A stretch of DNA of 64,000 nucleotides from Cercozoa sp. M6MM (Eukaryota > Protista > Endomyxa: Ascetosporea), in assembly GCA_040357565.1 (NCBI GenBank), contig JBDODJ010000011.1; one strand, written 5' to 3'. A model generated the notes under the pieces. It did not search any database. It saw only the letters and a list, made by a program, of their open reading frames with translations, and had not been told where the DNA came from. The position numbers were made by a program, and so were the translations under genes. Shown piece after piece: positions 1 to 14,233 of this stretch; positions within the stretch are counted from its first letter, which is position 1, and each line of letters opens with the position of its first letter.

Positions 1-49
1 GCACTGTCCAACGAACATTCAATCGGAGTATAGTATAGTATCTAGGTCG

Positions 50-935
50 CTAGACATGTGAATGAACAGTAGCACCTGACACGAGATCACTCGCAACCTG
101 TTCGTGCAGCTCTCGCAGTGCGCGCATCATATCCTGACATCGCCGCACGATCAGTGTGGATTCTTCCTCCTCTGTCGGCTTTCGTCGGCTGCCTTCTTGT
201 AGTGCCTGTGTGTGGCATGCACCGACACAGCAATTTAGACGGTACGCAGATATCTGTCGTTTATTAGTATCTCCGTACCAAGATGCGTGTGTTCCACCGC
301 TGGTACAGCTTTCTTGCATGTCGACGAATTTCGAAAGGAATTTCATGCTCCGACAACGCGAGCTGTTGCTCATTCTCGTATGGAATAGCAGTCGTCCGCA
401 GTTTTTCGTTTCGCCATCGTTCGTAGGGACCTTGCAGCGCATTTTGCAAGAAAACTGCCAACACACTTTATTCCTAAACGCAGTGCCGGTGTTTGTTAAG
501 TTTGTCGATATTACATTCAGTTTGGCTGTCAAGTAACGTGTCAGTTGTGCGGCTTTGGAATGCAACATGGCGTCGAAGCGCTAGCTCCCATGCGGTTCGG
601 TCGCTGTCTGACATGCATGAAATGCAACAGTTTTGTTTGTACGCAGTTGAGCAAACTGAAACTAAACTGTGTTTACCAAAGTTGGACACACAAGACGTGG
701 CCTACAACAACAGCAAGCGTGCACAACAACAGTAGCATACTAGTTCCGTGCACAAAACAAAGCAAATTTAACAGTGAGTTTACCGAAAAGATGCGTGTGG
801 CATGGCCTTGCCTGTTGAGACCCAGTCAATGCAATAAAGTGACTGTCCCCGCGGACCAATGTCAGACAAGCTGTTTTACTACAATTGTACACCAGCAGGT
901 TGCAGTTGAGTAGCGATGAGGACTTGGTTGCTCAT
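50..935 (-). CDS. Hypothetical multi-exon protein
   Basis: Consecutive minus-strand open segments (…WELALRRHVAFQSR…, …LQGPYERWRNEKLR…, …MMRALRELHEQVASDL…SHV*) separated by short GT-AG gaps. No family recognised; 5' end uncertain. Confidence 0.4.
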
Positions 936-1005
936 CGTGTCAACTTGTCTGCCAGTACTGCTGGCAAAAACGCTATTACGCCGGGTCTCATTGCTTAGCT
1001 TTGAA

Positions 1006-2196
<1,191 letters not shown>

Positions 2197-2505
2197 CGGG
2201 CGTTGTCAGTCAACGCGACTGGTACCACACTGTCGTGTTACGATACTCGTGTATCGCCGACCAACCCGACTGTGGATCAACTCAATGACGGACCGTAGAA
2301 TTAAGATAAAAGTGGCTGCAAGTAACTGAATGAAACAATGATTGGATAGAACGCAGCATGGTGCGGAAGCGAACTAAATTCGATTTCAGTTCGAATTCGA
2401 AGGCTGCGAATCTGTCGCTCTGACATCGAACATTGACTGACTGCGGTGGCGAAAATGGACTCGATCGCCACACACAAACGGAGGACTGGAAGACTAAGGC
2501 TTTGC

Positions 2506-5231
2506 TTATAGGTAGCCAAGGGCGCTGGCAGCGGCCTCTTCGTCAAGAATCACGGGCACCGTGGACTTACAGTTGTTCTGAACGTAAAACACGGTGACAT
2601 CTGATACGATAATTTTCAAAGCAACACACACAGTTGCTTGTACCTGCAAGGTGTATTTAGTCACCAGTGCCCACTGCATCTCCAACTGTCGGCGACGCTC
2701 AGCAGTAAAATCGGCAAAGAGTTCACTGTTGTTCAAGTATAAGATACAAAACGGGCATTTAGACTGTTACTGTTTGCGGTACCTGCACAAGAATTCGGGC
2801 AGAATGTCCGCACTCAGCAAATCGTAACACGTGCGCTGCACTTCAAAGAACGACTCCAGGCAACAATCGGACACCTACAGAGATGTACAAGTAGTGCACA
2901 CTTGCATAATATACTGGCATGATTGATGACAGATCGGCATATCGGTACCTCCAAGTCGGAAACAACATTGATCAGTCGCTGCGCTTCGACCGCATCGCCT
3001 CTCGGCGACGTTGTCTACGCAACAACAGGCATGTGTTTCTAAAATCCATGTGCATAGACTGACCGAATGTAGAATACCTGAGAGACGGTGCGCCATCCAG
3101 GTACGGTGGACATCAGTTGCTCCACCAGATGCGACGGCAAGTTCAGCTGGTTCGGTGCTCCCTTCCACAAGAACTCGCGGGCCAGTGCTAGTGCCTGACG
3201 AGTCGTCAAGCTGCGCAAAGCATAACAGTGACTCTTTCGGAATGAAAGTTGAAAGCTGCAGCTTAGTGCGAAAATACCCGTTGGCCTTCGGGTGCAAGCT
3301 CGCGAATGCATTCAAGAATAGCACGTTCTCTTCTGTCGAATTCATACGATACCAGCCGACGAGGCAAAGTCAGAACACAACGTAAAAGCACACATACCAG
3401 AGTAACGTTCGCGCGCAAAGTCACTGTTTGACAGAAATACAAGAGTTAGACCAGATTCTAAAAGCCGAGAAGCGCATATACCAGAAGAGTTCATGCGCTT
3501 CAGTGTCGGCGAGCACACGCTCCAGCGACCTGCAGCGATTCAATTTTGCCACAACTGGAGATATTTCTCACAGTGTGCGTGTGCGTACCAGGATGATGCG
3601 TTCCAAAGGAGGCGCTCTGATCGTCGCTTGTGCGAATCGAGCAGAAGAATGAGAGCAGTCGTGGCCACGACCGCTGTAGTGACACAACAAGTATTACTTA
3701 TTCAGCACGCAACAGAAGTGATCGAGTACCGACAATGAGAAGGACAGCAGAGGCAACGATCATGGCTGCTTCACGTCGAGCCTTGTCATTATTCACTTCG
3801 AGAGCCGCAAACGCGCTCGTCTCGAGCAGGTCCAACAGCTACCGAACAAACCGTAAATTTAGCACAAGCTATCCCAAATGAAGATAAGGTACGCCAAAGA
3901 ACTCTTGAACGCGCTCATTCCACTCGGCACTTTCCAGGTAATCTATAATTAACACATCGATCCACCAAGGCTGACAAGAGGTTAACAAACTTGTACCATC
4001 ACACTCATTGAGCGTTTTATCGGAATCCTGAGCGATAAAGCAGAAAACCCAACTCTCGACTGAAGACACGACTGTAACAATAACTGAAGAACGATGTACC
4101 GATCTAATGCCACGACGAGCGTCAATGTATACTGCATCCCACGCATCGCCTTCACAAGTGCATGCGTACCAAACCAAACACTTTGAGTGCACTGGATTGC
4201 AAGCACGAACCAATGGTGCGCAAATCCTTCGTAATGCCACGCAAGCTCGTGTCAAACGCGGCTGCCCACAAGTTGTGCACATTCCCTCGTGAGTGGCAAT
4301 AGTCAACGACAAAAAGGTACCAGCGAGCGCAGGGAAGACAGAGAATGCCATTTCGTCGTTCTTCTCCCAGATGGACAGCATGATGTCACCTTTTTGCGCG
4401 AAGGCAACTACACAACAACCATACTTTATCATGAGCCCCTCCCTGATTTCCTTTAAATCAGGAGACAAGCGTACTGTCGGCACTCCGAACGAACACTGTG
4501 GGCGATTCCGGGTGAAGGGCCCAAGAATACTCCGAAATGTCGTGTCGACCTTTCATGAAGAGTTCCATCGCGTTAAAAGCATCGCGAGAGATGCCGTTGA
4601 TGGCCTGCAGGAGATCACAGAGTGAAGAAGAGGATAGGATGAGAAACAGCAACGCACCGAAGCAGTATCCAAGAGGGTGTCATCACGGAAACTACGCAAG
4701 CGATGGTAATTTGCGTAGGAGTTTGCATGAAAGATGAGCGCAGTACTAAACAGAACGAAGTCGCAGTCCATCGATCATCAGCGTGTTCAGCAGCAGTCCC
4801 ACAAAGCTTCCGAACATCTAAACACATGTGCACACAGTCCCGCGATATCAACAAGCGACAGAGAGTTGACACTGGCCAGTGCGTACCAGAAGCGCGACAA
4901 AGTAGGTCAGCTGCTTGCCCCGGCGCTGCGTGAACTCCTGCGTGAAGAAGGATAGCTCAGTGAAGGCAATTTACAACGGAGAAAAATCGTACGTGCAAAC
5001 TGTCGATGTGCGAGTCGGCTTCTTCGCACTGATCTTTCTCAGTATCAGCACCAACATCGCTGCCGATCAAAATAAATACAACCGTTCAGTTGAAAACAAA
5101 CAAAACAAGTGCAAGCACACGCACACGCACACACACACACACACACACACAGACACACACACAGACACACACACACAGACACACAGACACACACAGACAC
5201 AGACACAGACACAGACACAGACACAGACACA

Positions 5232-5275
<44 letters not shown>

Positions 5276-5285
5276 NNNNNNNNNN

Positions 5286-5345
<60 letters not shown>

Positions 5346-5717
5346 CTTGGTACCAACTGATTTCGGAAATATCGGAACTTGCGCTTGTCTGTGTCTACAT
5401 ATCATCAGAACAAACACATATAAATATAATTCGTAAGTTTCCTGATGAATCGAGCAAACTGAAGCTACAGCAGAACTCTGAGACGCCGAGTTTCGGCGTT
5501 CCTACTCGCAGCGTAATACCAGCAAGTTTTACCGCAAGAGCGTAGCAGCACGTACCGCGACAGGAGGCGCATCGGCCCCAGTCTCCTCGACCGGAATGCT
5601 CTCTTGTGCAAAGACACGTCGCAGAAAGCTTTGCGACTTGTCAAGCGAGGCATCAACCGTGCCCTGTGGCACGAAGGAAGGGCAGGATGAGAAAGACAAA
5701 GACGAAGACGAAGACAA

Positions 5718-5789
<72 letters not shown>

Positions 5790-5802
5790 GGAGAGGGAGA
5801 GG

Positions 5803-5835
<33 letters not shown>

Positions 5836-8372
5836 GGAGAGAGAAAGAGATGAGGATGAAAGAGAAGAATAATGTACACGCAGGAAACGCGTGCGACGGT
5901 ACACGAAAGGCAACACCGCCGCAGCTAGCGACACCAGCACCTACCACCATTGTGTATTGGGAACCACCAACATTGGGTGAACGGCCTAGCTACAGTGCAT
6001 GTGACGGACAGTGCGAACAACGTGTCCAACAACGACATGGTGCGATCCACCTGTCACAACAGGGAGCGTCAATGAACAACACATACACACACACACACAC
6101 ATACACACACACACACACATGAAAGCGTAAGTGATAGAAAATGTACGGCTTCGCGATTCTTGCGCTGAAAGCTGTCGCGCAACTTGAGTTCGTACGCCGT
6201 TGTCTCCTTAAACTGTAGTCACCACGAGTACATTCGTTCCTTTTCACTTCTGCCTTAGGAAAATAGTTATTTAAGTACCTCAAAGTCGAACAGCAAGGTG
6301 TCGGCACCGACCGAGTGCAGCTCCAACTGCGGCGCTGCGCTGACCATCGCAGTGTGCGCGACCACCTTGCGACCGACAAGCGACATCATCTTGTGCTCCA
6401 TTGCACTCGCCAAGGTGCCACTACCACGCAGAGAATGATAAGTATACAAAAGGACGATAAGAGCAATGAAGAGGTGTTTTACAACTGGAAGTAGTCGTAT
6501 TCTTCGATCTCGTCGGACATGGTGCTGTCATAGTGTGTACTCGTGATAAAGAGAGCTAACCAAAGAAGGCGACTGAAAGCAAGTACCGGATTTCGCGATC
6601 AGCTTGCTCGAAACTATGCAAGGCGTCGCTGTGAAAGGCGAGGGTGGTGTCCAGGACCAGCGGGTCAGTAGTGTTTGTCGTGTCGACGGCACCCTGTACC
6701 AGTCGTCCCACAGTAGTTACAAGCTTTGCCACATCACAGAAGTCAGTTACGTACCGACTGATCTATGGTAGGCACGAAGTCCCGCAGCATCATTGGCGTC
6801 AGCATGAACGACAGCATCGCGAATTTCTGATCGGCACGCGCCGTCACAGCAGCCTGCGCACACGGGTTGATTAAAATCGCCGCTAGAGTGATCACTAATA
6901 TGACCACTGAGAATAAAAAGATCACCTTCAGGTGGTTCTGAAACTTGTTGCTTGTCTCAAAGTCGTCGCCCACGGCTTCGCGTGCTTGCGAGGCCAGCAG
7001 CGCCGTCACCAACAATAGTGACACCAGCAACATGGCTACACGTGGCAGGAATAGGGTAATGCTGATGAAGTATTTTTATAAGGTGAGTACAAAATAGGAG
7101 TAAAAGCAAGGTACCGCCTGTCCCCGCGAGCCAGCGCAGACGCTGCTTGAACGCAGAGAACCTAAATATACTCAGTGTGATGTGACACGTATTGACATTG
7201 ACAAGCTTGTTGATACAGGACATCGGCTTGCTCCAGCAGCGTAAACACTTCGTTCACCTAAACTTAGACAGTGTTTCATTTTTTCTGATACACCCTTTCT
7301 CACAAATACCTTGCGTGCAGACTCATCCGTCTACAAGCACACATCAGATACCAATGACGCAATTTGACCCCCCCCCCTTCCCGAAAAAGGTAGCAATGTC
7401 TACCTGAGTCTGCTCGGTACAAGTGTCCTCGTTTTCAGCCGTATTGGGAGTCTGGATCTTCTCCACTACCCAAAAAACAAAACGAAGAATGGAATCAAAC
7501 GGAAGAGTCAAAAAGAGGTTTACACTCGATGCAGACGGAGTCATCCAGAGCAGGGCTCGCGTCCGAGCAGAGAAGAGAGATTTCATTCGCCACCTGTGCA
7601 CACGCACTCGTACTTGCAGGCTTGACGATAGAAGGCAAAGAAATAAGGTGGTTAGACATACCGATGTGATCGAACGATGAGCGGTAATCTCAATCTTACT
7701 AAGCTGAAGTCCCTTGGCTGCTCAAAAAAAAAAAAAAAAAACTCAAATCGAGTTTTCAGATTGTCCCTTTGAATCCCTTCAATTTTCCTAATGTACCTAC
7801 AGAGCTCTGCACGGCACTCTGCATCGCACGCAATCGCTGACCTGAGAGAATACATGCCGTATACGACGGCACTAAGACAAAACCCAAAGCGAACTAGAGT
7901 GGAACTACCACGCGGAGTGATTAGAGGCTGCAAAGCTGTCGGCAGCTCCTTTGACAGATTGCTGCGCACAAACTCAATCTTAAGGATCTTTTGGTCACGG
8001 GAGGCAAGGAGTACAGGGACAGCGCTTTGCCGACAAGCGCCTCTTTGCCTTGCGGAGACTTGACCTGCACGTCGATTGCGTGCGAGGCCTCCATTTTCGG
8101 GTTCAAAAATACTCGGAGTTTGCAACTTGGTTTTTATAAGCCGCAGGTTCACTGTTAAATACAACACAGGGCCCAGTTGATGCTGCCGAAAGTGTGCAAA
8201 AGACTTTGAATATGCAACACGACGCAAACTGCAAAAAGGCGTTCTTACCGTTTAAGACTTGCAAACCGTCGACACAAGGTGATTTCAGGAGTGCAAACTG
8301 TCGAACTGTCTCGATATCAGCGACTGGAGGAATTCTGCAAACTGCTATCAAGCGATAATCCAACCACTCCAT
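2506..8372 (-). CDS. Multi-pass (4 TM) membrane protein with C-terminal RGS (regulator of G-protein signalling) domain
   Basis: Spliced translation gives SLERVLADTEAHELFCDFARERYSEENVLFLNAF…AREFLWKGAPNQLNLPSHLVEQL…FLEVQRTCYDLLSADILPEFL (RGS consensus), preceded by four hydrophobic helices. More than 25 short GT-AG introns; 5' end (8372 or further upstream) uncertain. Confidence 0.8.
5116..5342. repeat. (CA)n/(CAGACA)n intronic microsatellite with 10-N gap
   Basis: Direct inspection. Confidence 0.95.
5720..5850. repeat. (GA)n intronic microsatellite
   Basis: Direct inspection. Confidence 0.95.
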
Positions 8373-8743
8373 CGAAAATCAACGAAGATTCACTCACAGA
8401 TTCGCTTCACTGGATCGTGTCACTTTTAGCAGCTTTTACGCACCGCTAAGACCTTCAGCGTGAATCAAAGGTTGAAAAACTCAGCAAAAAGACCTCAGTA
8501 CTGCACTGCCTCAACGAAAATCCCCGGGGTGGTACCATTTGCAGAGGCTATAGATAAGACGATGCAAAACAAACAAATCTTGAAGCAGAGGCAATTTACC
8601 AGGACGACAGTACGTGTTCGCGCTCCGGCAGCATCAGTTGAGCTCGGCGCGCAATAAAAGAGAGGTTGGTTTCCGAAAAAATGAAAGAGTACGCGCGGAA
8701 AGGTAAGCTATTAGTTAGAGTTTTAAAAGTGATCAGACGCGTG

Positions 8744-9967
8744 ATGGCTAGTCTGTTGCAACGCTACGCGGATCTGTTGCGAAAGCGGCCCCTGTCTGTA
8801 GATTTGCTTGTACTTTTTATTGGACGAGATATCAGTCTTCCTGCTTAATGCTGAGAAAGTGACGGTCGAGGTGTGTGTGTTTACGGTTGTGTTAATTGTA
8901 TTCAGACCAAGATCGTCACGTCTGCGTTGTTGTAAACTTTGGGATGTGCATGTGTGTCTTGCCGAAAAAACACAGTGTATTTGATCCAATCGAGCAGGAT
9001 GGCCGGCGGTGATCTTATTCAACAGGTGCTTGGGTCCTTCTTCACTCGCTTGATACAAGAGTATTGTTTGTTTCTTGCAGGTGCTCGAGAAGAAACGTCG
9101 CAATGAGAAACTGTCGAACTTCGACAAGAAGCGCGTGCTGCGCATGGCGGCGTACTGACTCGCTTTGTTTCTTTCTCTCCGAAAAGCGTCGTTTTCATGT
9201 GTTTGTATGTGAGTGTGTGAGTGTACGTGTGTGTGTGTGTGAGTGTATGTGTGTGTGAGTGTATGTGTATGTATGCGTGTTCAGGTACGGCATCTTCCTG
9301 GGCGCAGTGTTGCACCAGTGGTACACTGTCGAGCAGACTGACTCTTCGTCTTGTCTCTGAGAGTTATAAACATATGCACACTGCAGGTACGGCAGTTTGG
9401 GTCGACTAGGCACCTCAATGACTCCGTTCAAGGGGTATCGAACCTTACTATCTCCTTTGCCTTCGTGCTGCACTCCCTTGTTCTCAGCGCACTGATGCGA
9501 ATGGCGATCGACCAGTCCGTCGCCGCACCGGCACTCACTGTGGCCTTCTTCACCGGTACACCTGTCTCTGGCTTCTCGGTACGCCTGATGTGCTAAACTT
9601 GGACTGGTTTTGTCGGGTACGCAGGCATGGGTCACCTGGAGGGTAAGCGGTCGCCGGAGATTTTCAGTGACCTGCGCAACAAGTTCTGGCCCACGCTGCA
9701 GGTAGTTTTGCATCCGGTGTGACCCTCTTTTGAAACTTGGATGGCCCCGCGTAGGTCAATTATGCCGTGTGGCCAGCTGCAATGTTGCTTAATTTCGCCG
9801 TGATTCCGCCACACCTCCGCGTGTTGTTCTCCAACTTTGGTACGTAACAACGTTAGTGTCATTGTGCTCTCTCTTTCTCTCTCTTGTGTATTATGCGATG
9901 CATATGACTGCCTGCAGTCGGCCTCTTCTACAACACCTTCTTATCGGCCATGCAGCACGATGATTAA
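8744..9967 (+). CDS. Mpv17/PMP22 family membrane protein
   Basis: MASLLQRYADLLRKRPL…FDKKRVLRMAA…LHQWY…RMAIDQSVAAP…KFWPTLQVNYAVWPAAMLLNFAVIPPHLRVLFSNFVGLFYNTFLS matches the Mpv17/PMP22 signature. Confidence 0.9.
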
Positions 9968-10399
9968 CCTAACTGAACGGATGCTGGTGCTCGGTTCGGT
10001 TCTTAGCGAAGCGTACGTCCGTCATAGTGTTTTTCAAGTTGCTTCGCGTTGGGTTGGCTTGCGACCCCACGAAGACGTCGACTAGCATCTGTAGCGTACG
10101 TACAGTAGGTAGCAGTCGAGTACGGGTACGCGACGGTAAACTGTCGGCCAGTTATCTGATTCACGCTCGCTTTCAATACCACGAACCAGTCAGTGATCGG
10201 GCGCATAATTTGCGAATTCAGTTTTAGCTTCCCTGCAGCTGTACCGCATCGGTACTCTAGCTATAGTACTATAGCCGAGCGTAGAGTAAGTAACAGTAAA
10301 TTTAGATTCGCACTCGCGAAGTTGCATTCCACACCCACGCCACTTATCGGCTCCAGATCGACTTTTTCGTTGCGTTGGCGATAGATAAAGCCGAAGCTG

Positions 10400-11193
10400 C
10401 AACAAAGCTTCAACGCAGTCGTGACGACATACAATCTATACTGGGCACGTTCTTCCAGGGGGCTGATACTGTTTTTGTTGATGTTGCTTGACCACCACTC
10501 CGTTCAAATTAGCAGGTTCAAATCCGATGCATCTCGCCTCGTTTCTCATGTTGGCGGCATGCGTTTCGGCCTGCTCTCAGAGCCATTCCGACCAATCTAA
10601 GTACGATTTTTTGAGTCACAGCTTACAATAAAATAAGAGGTGTTGGAACTTCGATCACTTCTATCTTGTGCCAGACTTCCGCTCGTTGCACACAAAGCCA
10701 CTGACGCAGTCCCGGCTATGCCTCCAAAATCAACACCAAAGCGCTTGTCGCCTTCCCGACTAGTTTTTGTGAGTGTTTACCCTGTCCTTTTCATTGCCCG
10801 TTGTATTTGTTCGTCATGATGGAGTATATTTATACGTAGACGAATATGAAGGAACTACAGGCTTCGGAAGCGTTTGCCTTCGGCGGAACAGTTGCCAGCA
10901 GCCTCGAAAACGAAGGGGATGGGCTCGAGCCGGAAGCACTACTTCCCTTACGTCGACAACCGGTAAATCCATTTTCTAGTTGGCAGCTTTTACGATCGGT
11001 ATTATTCATGAACGCGGTAAACTGTACTCTTCCCATTTCAGTTATATTGTGCTGTGTGCATCATTTATTCAAGGGCTTCATCGTAAGACGCTTGAGCCGG
11101 TCCCAACCATTGAAGCCGAAAAGCAAACAACTGCTCGTGAATGCGCCTTTGCTCGATACTGACGCGGACGACTCGGACAGCGACTTTTCCTAA
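10400..11193 (+). CDS. Hypothetical protein (5' end unresolved)
   Basis: Exon-like segments VLELRSLLSCARLP…, MKELQASEAFAFGG…, terminal GFIVRRLSRSQP…DSDSDFS*, with GT-AG boundaries. Confidence 0.4.
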
Positions 11194-11447
11194 GCTAACG
11201 TAAGTGAGCGATTGGTTGTTGACTCGGATACTATAAGTCAAATACTACTGTTTGTCGGCACCGTATACTCATCCTCGGGTATAGGTCAAGCCGAATTCAA
11301 AGTACCGTCGGGTAAGTAATTGTAAACTGAAAAATAACTGGCGTGAACTGAAAGCAATTTCGTTTGCGCTGATAAAGTTGGGCGGAAACTCCTAAACGTC
11401 CGAAGCTCGACTTCACCAGTCACGTGCACGCGCACGCGCATGCACAC

Positions 11448-13895
11448 CTAGGGAGCGAAGGCGAGCGACCTCGCCTGTATCGATAATGTTAGTTTGTGAC
11501 TGGATTCAACGCGAGACGCGTCGACATCGCGTCTCCTCCGTTTCGTTTAGCTAGTACCACTTGGAGTGGACTTACTTCCACAATCACACCGACGACCGGC
11601 AGGGAATCACGCATCGCACCAGAGTCCATGGCAATGAGGGTTAAACAGCTAGATATTGGACATGCGCAACGAGGACTGACGCTGCTCGGAAATCCAGGGG
11701 CTACCTTCCGGACAGCAGCGTTTCTACATAAATGTGACTACGCTAGACACCGCACTGGCTCCGCGCGGATCGTTCCCACACAGCTGAATCCTAGCATCTA
11801 ATAATGCATATTCAAGTCGCTAAGCTTAGAACTCCGGCCCGCGCGACATGTACAGCTCAGTTCCGTTCGGGCACTAGTTAGACTTCATCGTCGGTTTCTT
11901 AGAAGACTGAACGAACCAAACGAAAGTAACGGAAGAATTCTTCTGTACGCGAGCAGCGGTTGCATCAATAGCGACGACGCGGCGACGGCACCGGCTTAAC
12001 CGTGTATTCCGTCACAGAACCCTACACTGGCATTACACACAAAACACGAGTGTGCTCAGGAAGAAAACGAAAGCACCATTTTCGGCGTCGTGTTCGGCGT
12101 TCGTTTCCTGCTGCGCTCAGACACAAAGCGTTGTGAGTCCAGCTCTATTTCGGGCGAGAAAGTTACATGTCATGCGAGGGTCGACGCCAGTTCGTGCTGG
12201 CACTGCTGTTGCGACGCTCCTTGCTAAGACAACACAGAGAAGCCGTGAGATTGACAGCACAGTCCACAACGAAGGTGCCAGTACGGTGAACTTGACTGCA
12301 GCTGCTGGAGTCGTCGTTCGTACTTGACCTGCATGATGGCATGTACCGCATCCGGCAGCGTGAGTCGCTCGCATTGCGCCTGCCCATTCATGTCCGCCAA
12401 GTTTTTTTAGCCTCCTTGGCTGAGCTCAGCGAATTTACGGCAAACTTCGGCTTCAAGAAGGTCACGAGAGCGACGCGCGGTTCGAGGATTTCTACCTTTC
12501 TGCGCAAAAAGGAAGAGTAACAGAAGGCAACAAGAAAGCAAAGGGAACAAGTTTACTCGATGTGTTTGGAAAGGCACTCGTCCTGGTCCGCATCATCACA
12601 TTTCTTTAGCAGAGCCTGGAGTGTCTACGCATTAGGCAAAACAGAATAACACTCGTCTTGCACAGAAACTGAGACACAATGAAACACCAGTAGAGCATCA
12701 TTTGGCTTGAGCGGAAGGTCCAGACCCCAGATTCGAACCGTCTTTCGTAGACTCTACAGAGGCGCTAGGACTAAAAAAGAATGTGCAACACCGACAAGGC
12801 AAATTCACCTGCATCAACGGCGTCACGAACGTCTTTTTACGACGAACCAAAGTGCCATCCCTCGAACACTAGCCAAAGAGTAAAGCAAGAGTCAGATAAA
12901 GCATGGAGCGAGAGGGGATATACCAGCAGCGCCTTGGACTGACGCAGAGCGTAGGCGATGAACTGCACGTCGCGCGAGAAGTACTCCAGCGGCGGCACCG
13001 GTACTTGCACCCTGCAGAAGCAATGGGAATCAGAAGGAACGGAAAAATGCACATGGGTAAGCGGTACTTATTGTCATTCTGCGTGTGATACACGGGCGCT
13101 CCCGACATCGGCAGCAACTGATTGATCGACACCCAACCCTGCAAGAGCACATCCATCATCCCTCCGATGACTAAAGCAAGGCCGAGTCAGCGGCTGATAC
13201 CTTGTGTGTTGGATCTCGGTCCAGCAGCGCTTGCATCTACAGGGCAGTGCACCTCTTTTTATGTTGAGCCAGCGTCACTCAGAAAAGCACGAATATTACC
13301 TGACGGTCGATTTTGAGGTTTGCAGTCGAAAAGAGGTGCTCCATGTGATTGACCACAGCGTCCTAAACACAGAGGATCTCGAAGGAAAGCAACAAAAAGC
13401 CGAACATACCACGAGCGACTCGGAAAGCGACTTGCGCTGCGGCACGTCTTCCAGCGAGAAGCCCTCCAGCGAGCCGACTCCTCTGCGCGACACAATAATA
13501 TCAACGACCGAAATATACGGAGAACTTGAAGCAAAAATGATACAAAGCGAGCGGCCTCGACATGGGCGATGGTGCCGCTGCAAAGGCCGGCGAAACCATC
13601 GCCTGACAACACACAGTTTTAAGCTGCAAAAACAATGCAGGAACATCTTCACATTGTATACCTCCATCAGGGGCGTCGGAATTGCAGCCTACATGACCAA
13701 AGCAATAAACACAAAGTTAGGAGGTGAAAGCTCCGTACCGGCGTGCGTTCAAGCGAAAAGGACGGCGGCGACTGCTGTGCCTGCCAACAATCAATACGTA
13801 CATTTTTGGGACAATCGTCCAAAAGCAGATCGCACCTGCAATACAATATTATTTTTCAGTGCACTAAAATGCGTACTAACGCACCTGCAAGGCAT
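11448..13895 (-). CDS. La-related protein (La motif + RRM; LARP4/6-like)
   Basis: Spliced DAVVNHMEHLFSTANLKID…GWVSINQLL…RDVQFIAYALRQSKALL…SRDGTLVRRKK (La motif) followed by RRM-like RKTVRIWGL…ALVTFLKPKFA. Both termini approximate. Confidence 0.75.
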
Positions 13896-14233
13896 GAAGC
13901 GGTGCCGACAACGGTACAACTGTGTTCGTGGGCGGCATCTTGTGCGCGATTACAGGACTTCGGTAAGATCTGAGATCAGGAAGAGTTTCGTTTTTCGATT
14001 GAGTTTGATTCTGTGGTTTTCAAGGCGCACACCAACTACCGCTGCACACCACAGCGATCGATACTACTTGTGACTCACAATGGGTAACCGGCGTATGCGC
14101 AGATCTACAGTGCTGTACAGAACAGTCCAAAAATACTCGATACTCGGACAGAAAAAGGCTGAAAAAAAAACAAGGTGGTTCCAAGCCTGTTTTGCAAAGT
14201 GTAAAGTGCGCAGGTCTGAGCTAATACCCAAAA

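Noticed and set aside
4100-4480. Class III nucleotidyl cyclase domain (KYGCCVV..GD, TIGDAW resemblance)
   Set aside because: The KYGCCVV stretch is intronic, the other cyclase motifs are missing, and the region lies between TM3 and TM4, predicted extracellular.
6518-6586. Two genes only 7 nt apart (TGA 6528-6530, ATG 6520), suggesting a dicistronic unit
   Set aside because: It needs an atypically short 31-nt intron; a normal 62-nt intron (6525-6586) joins both parts in frame as one gene.
13204-14073. 289-aa plus-strand ORF
   Set aside because: It is an antisense shadow of the La-related gene, with no recognisable motifs.
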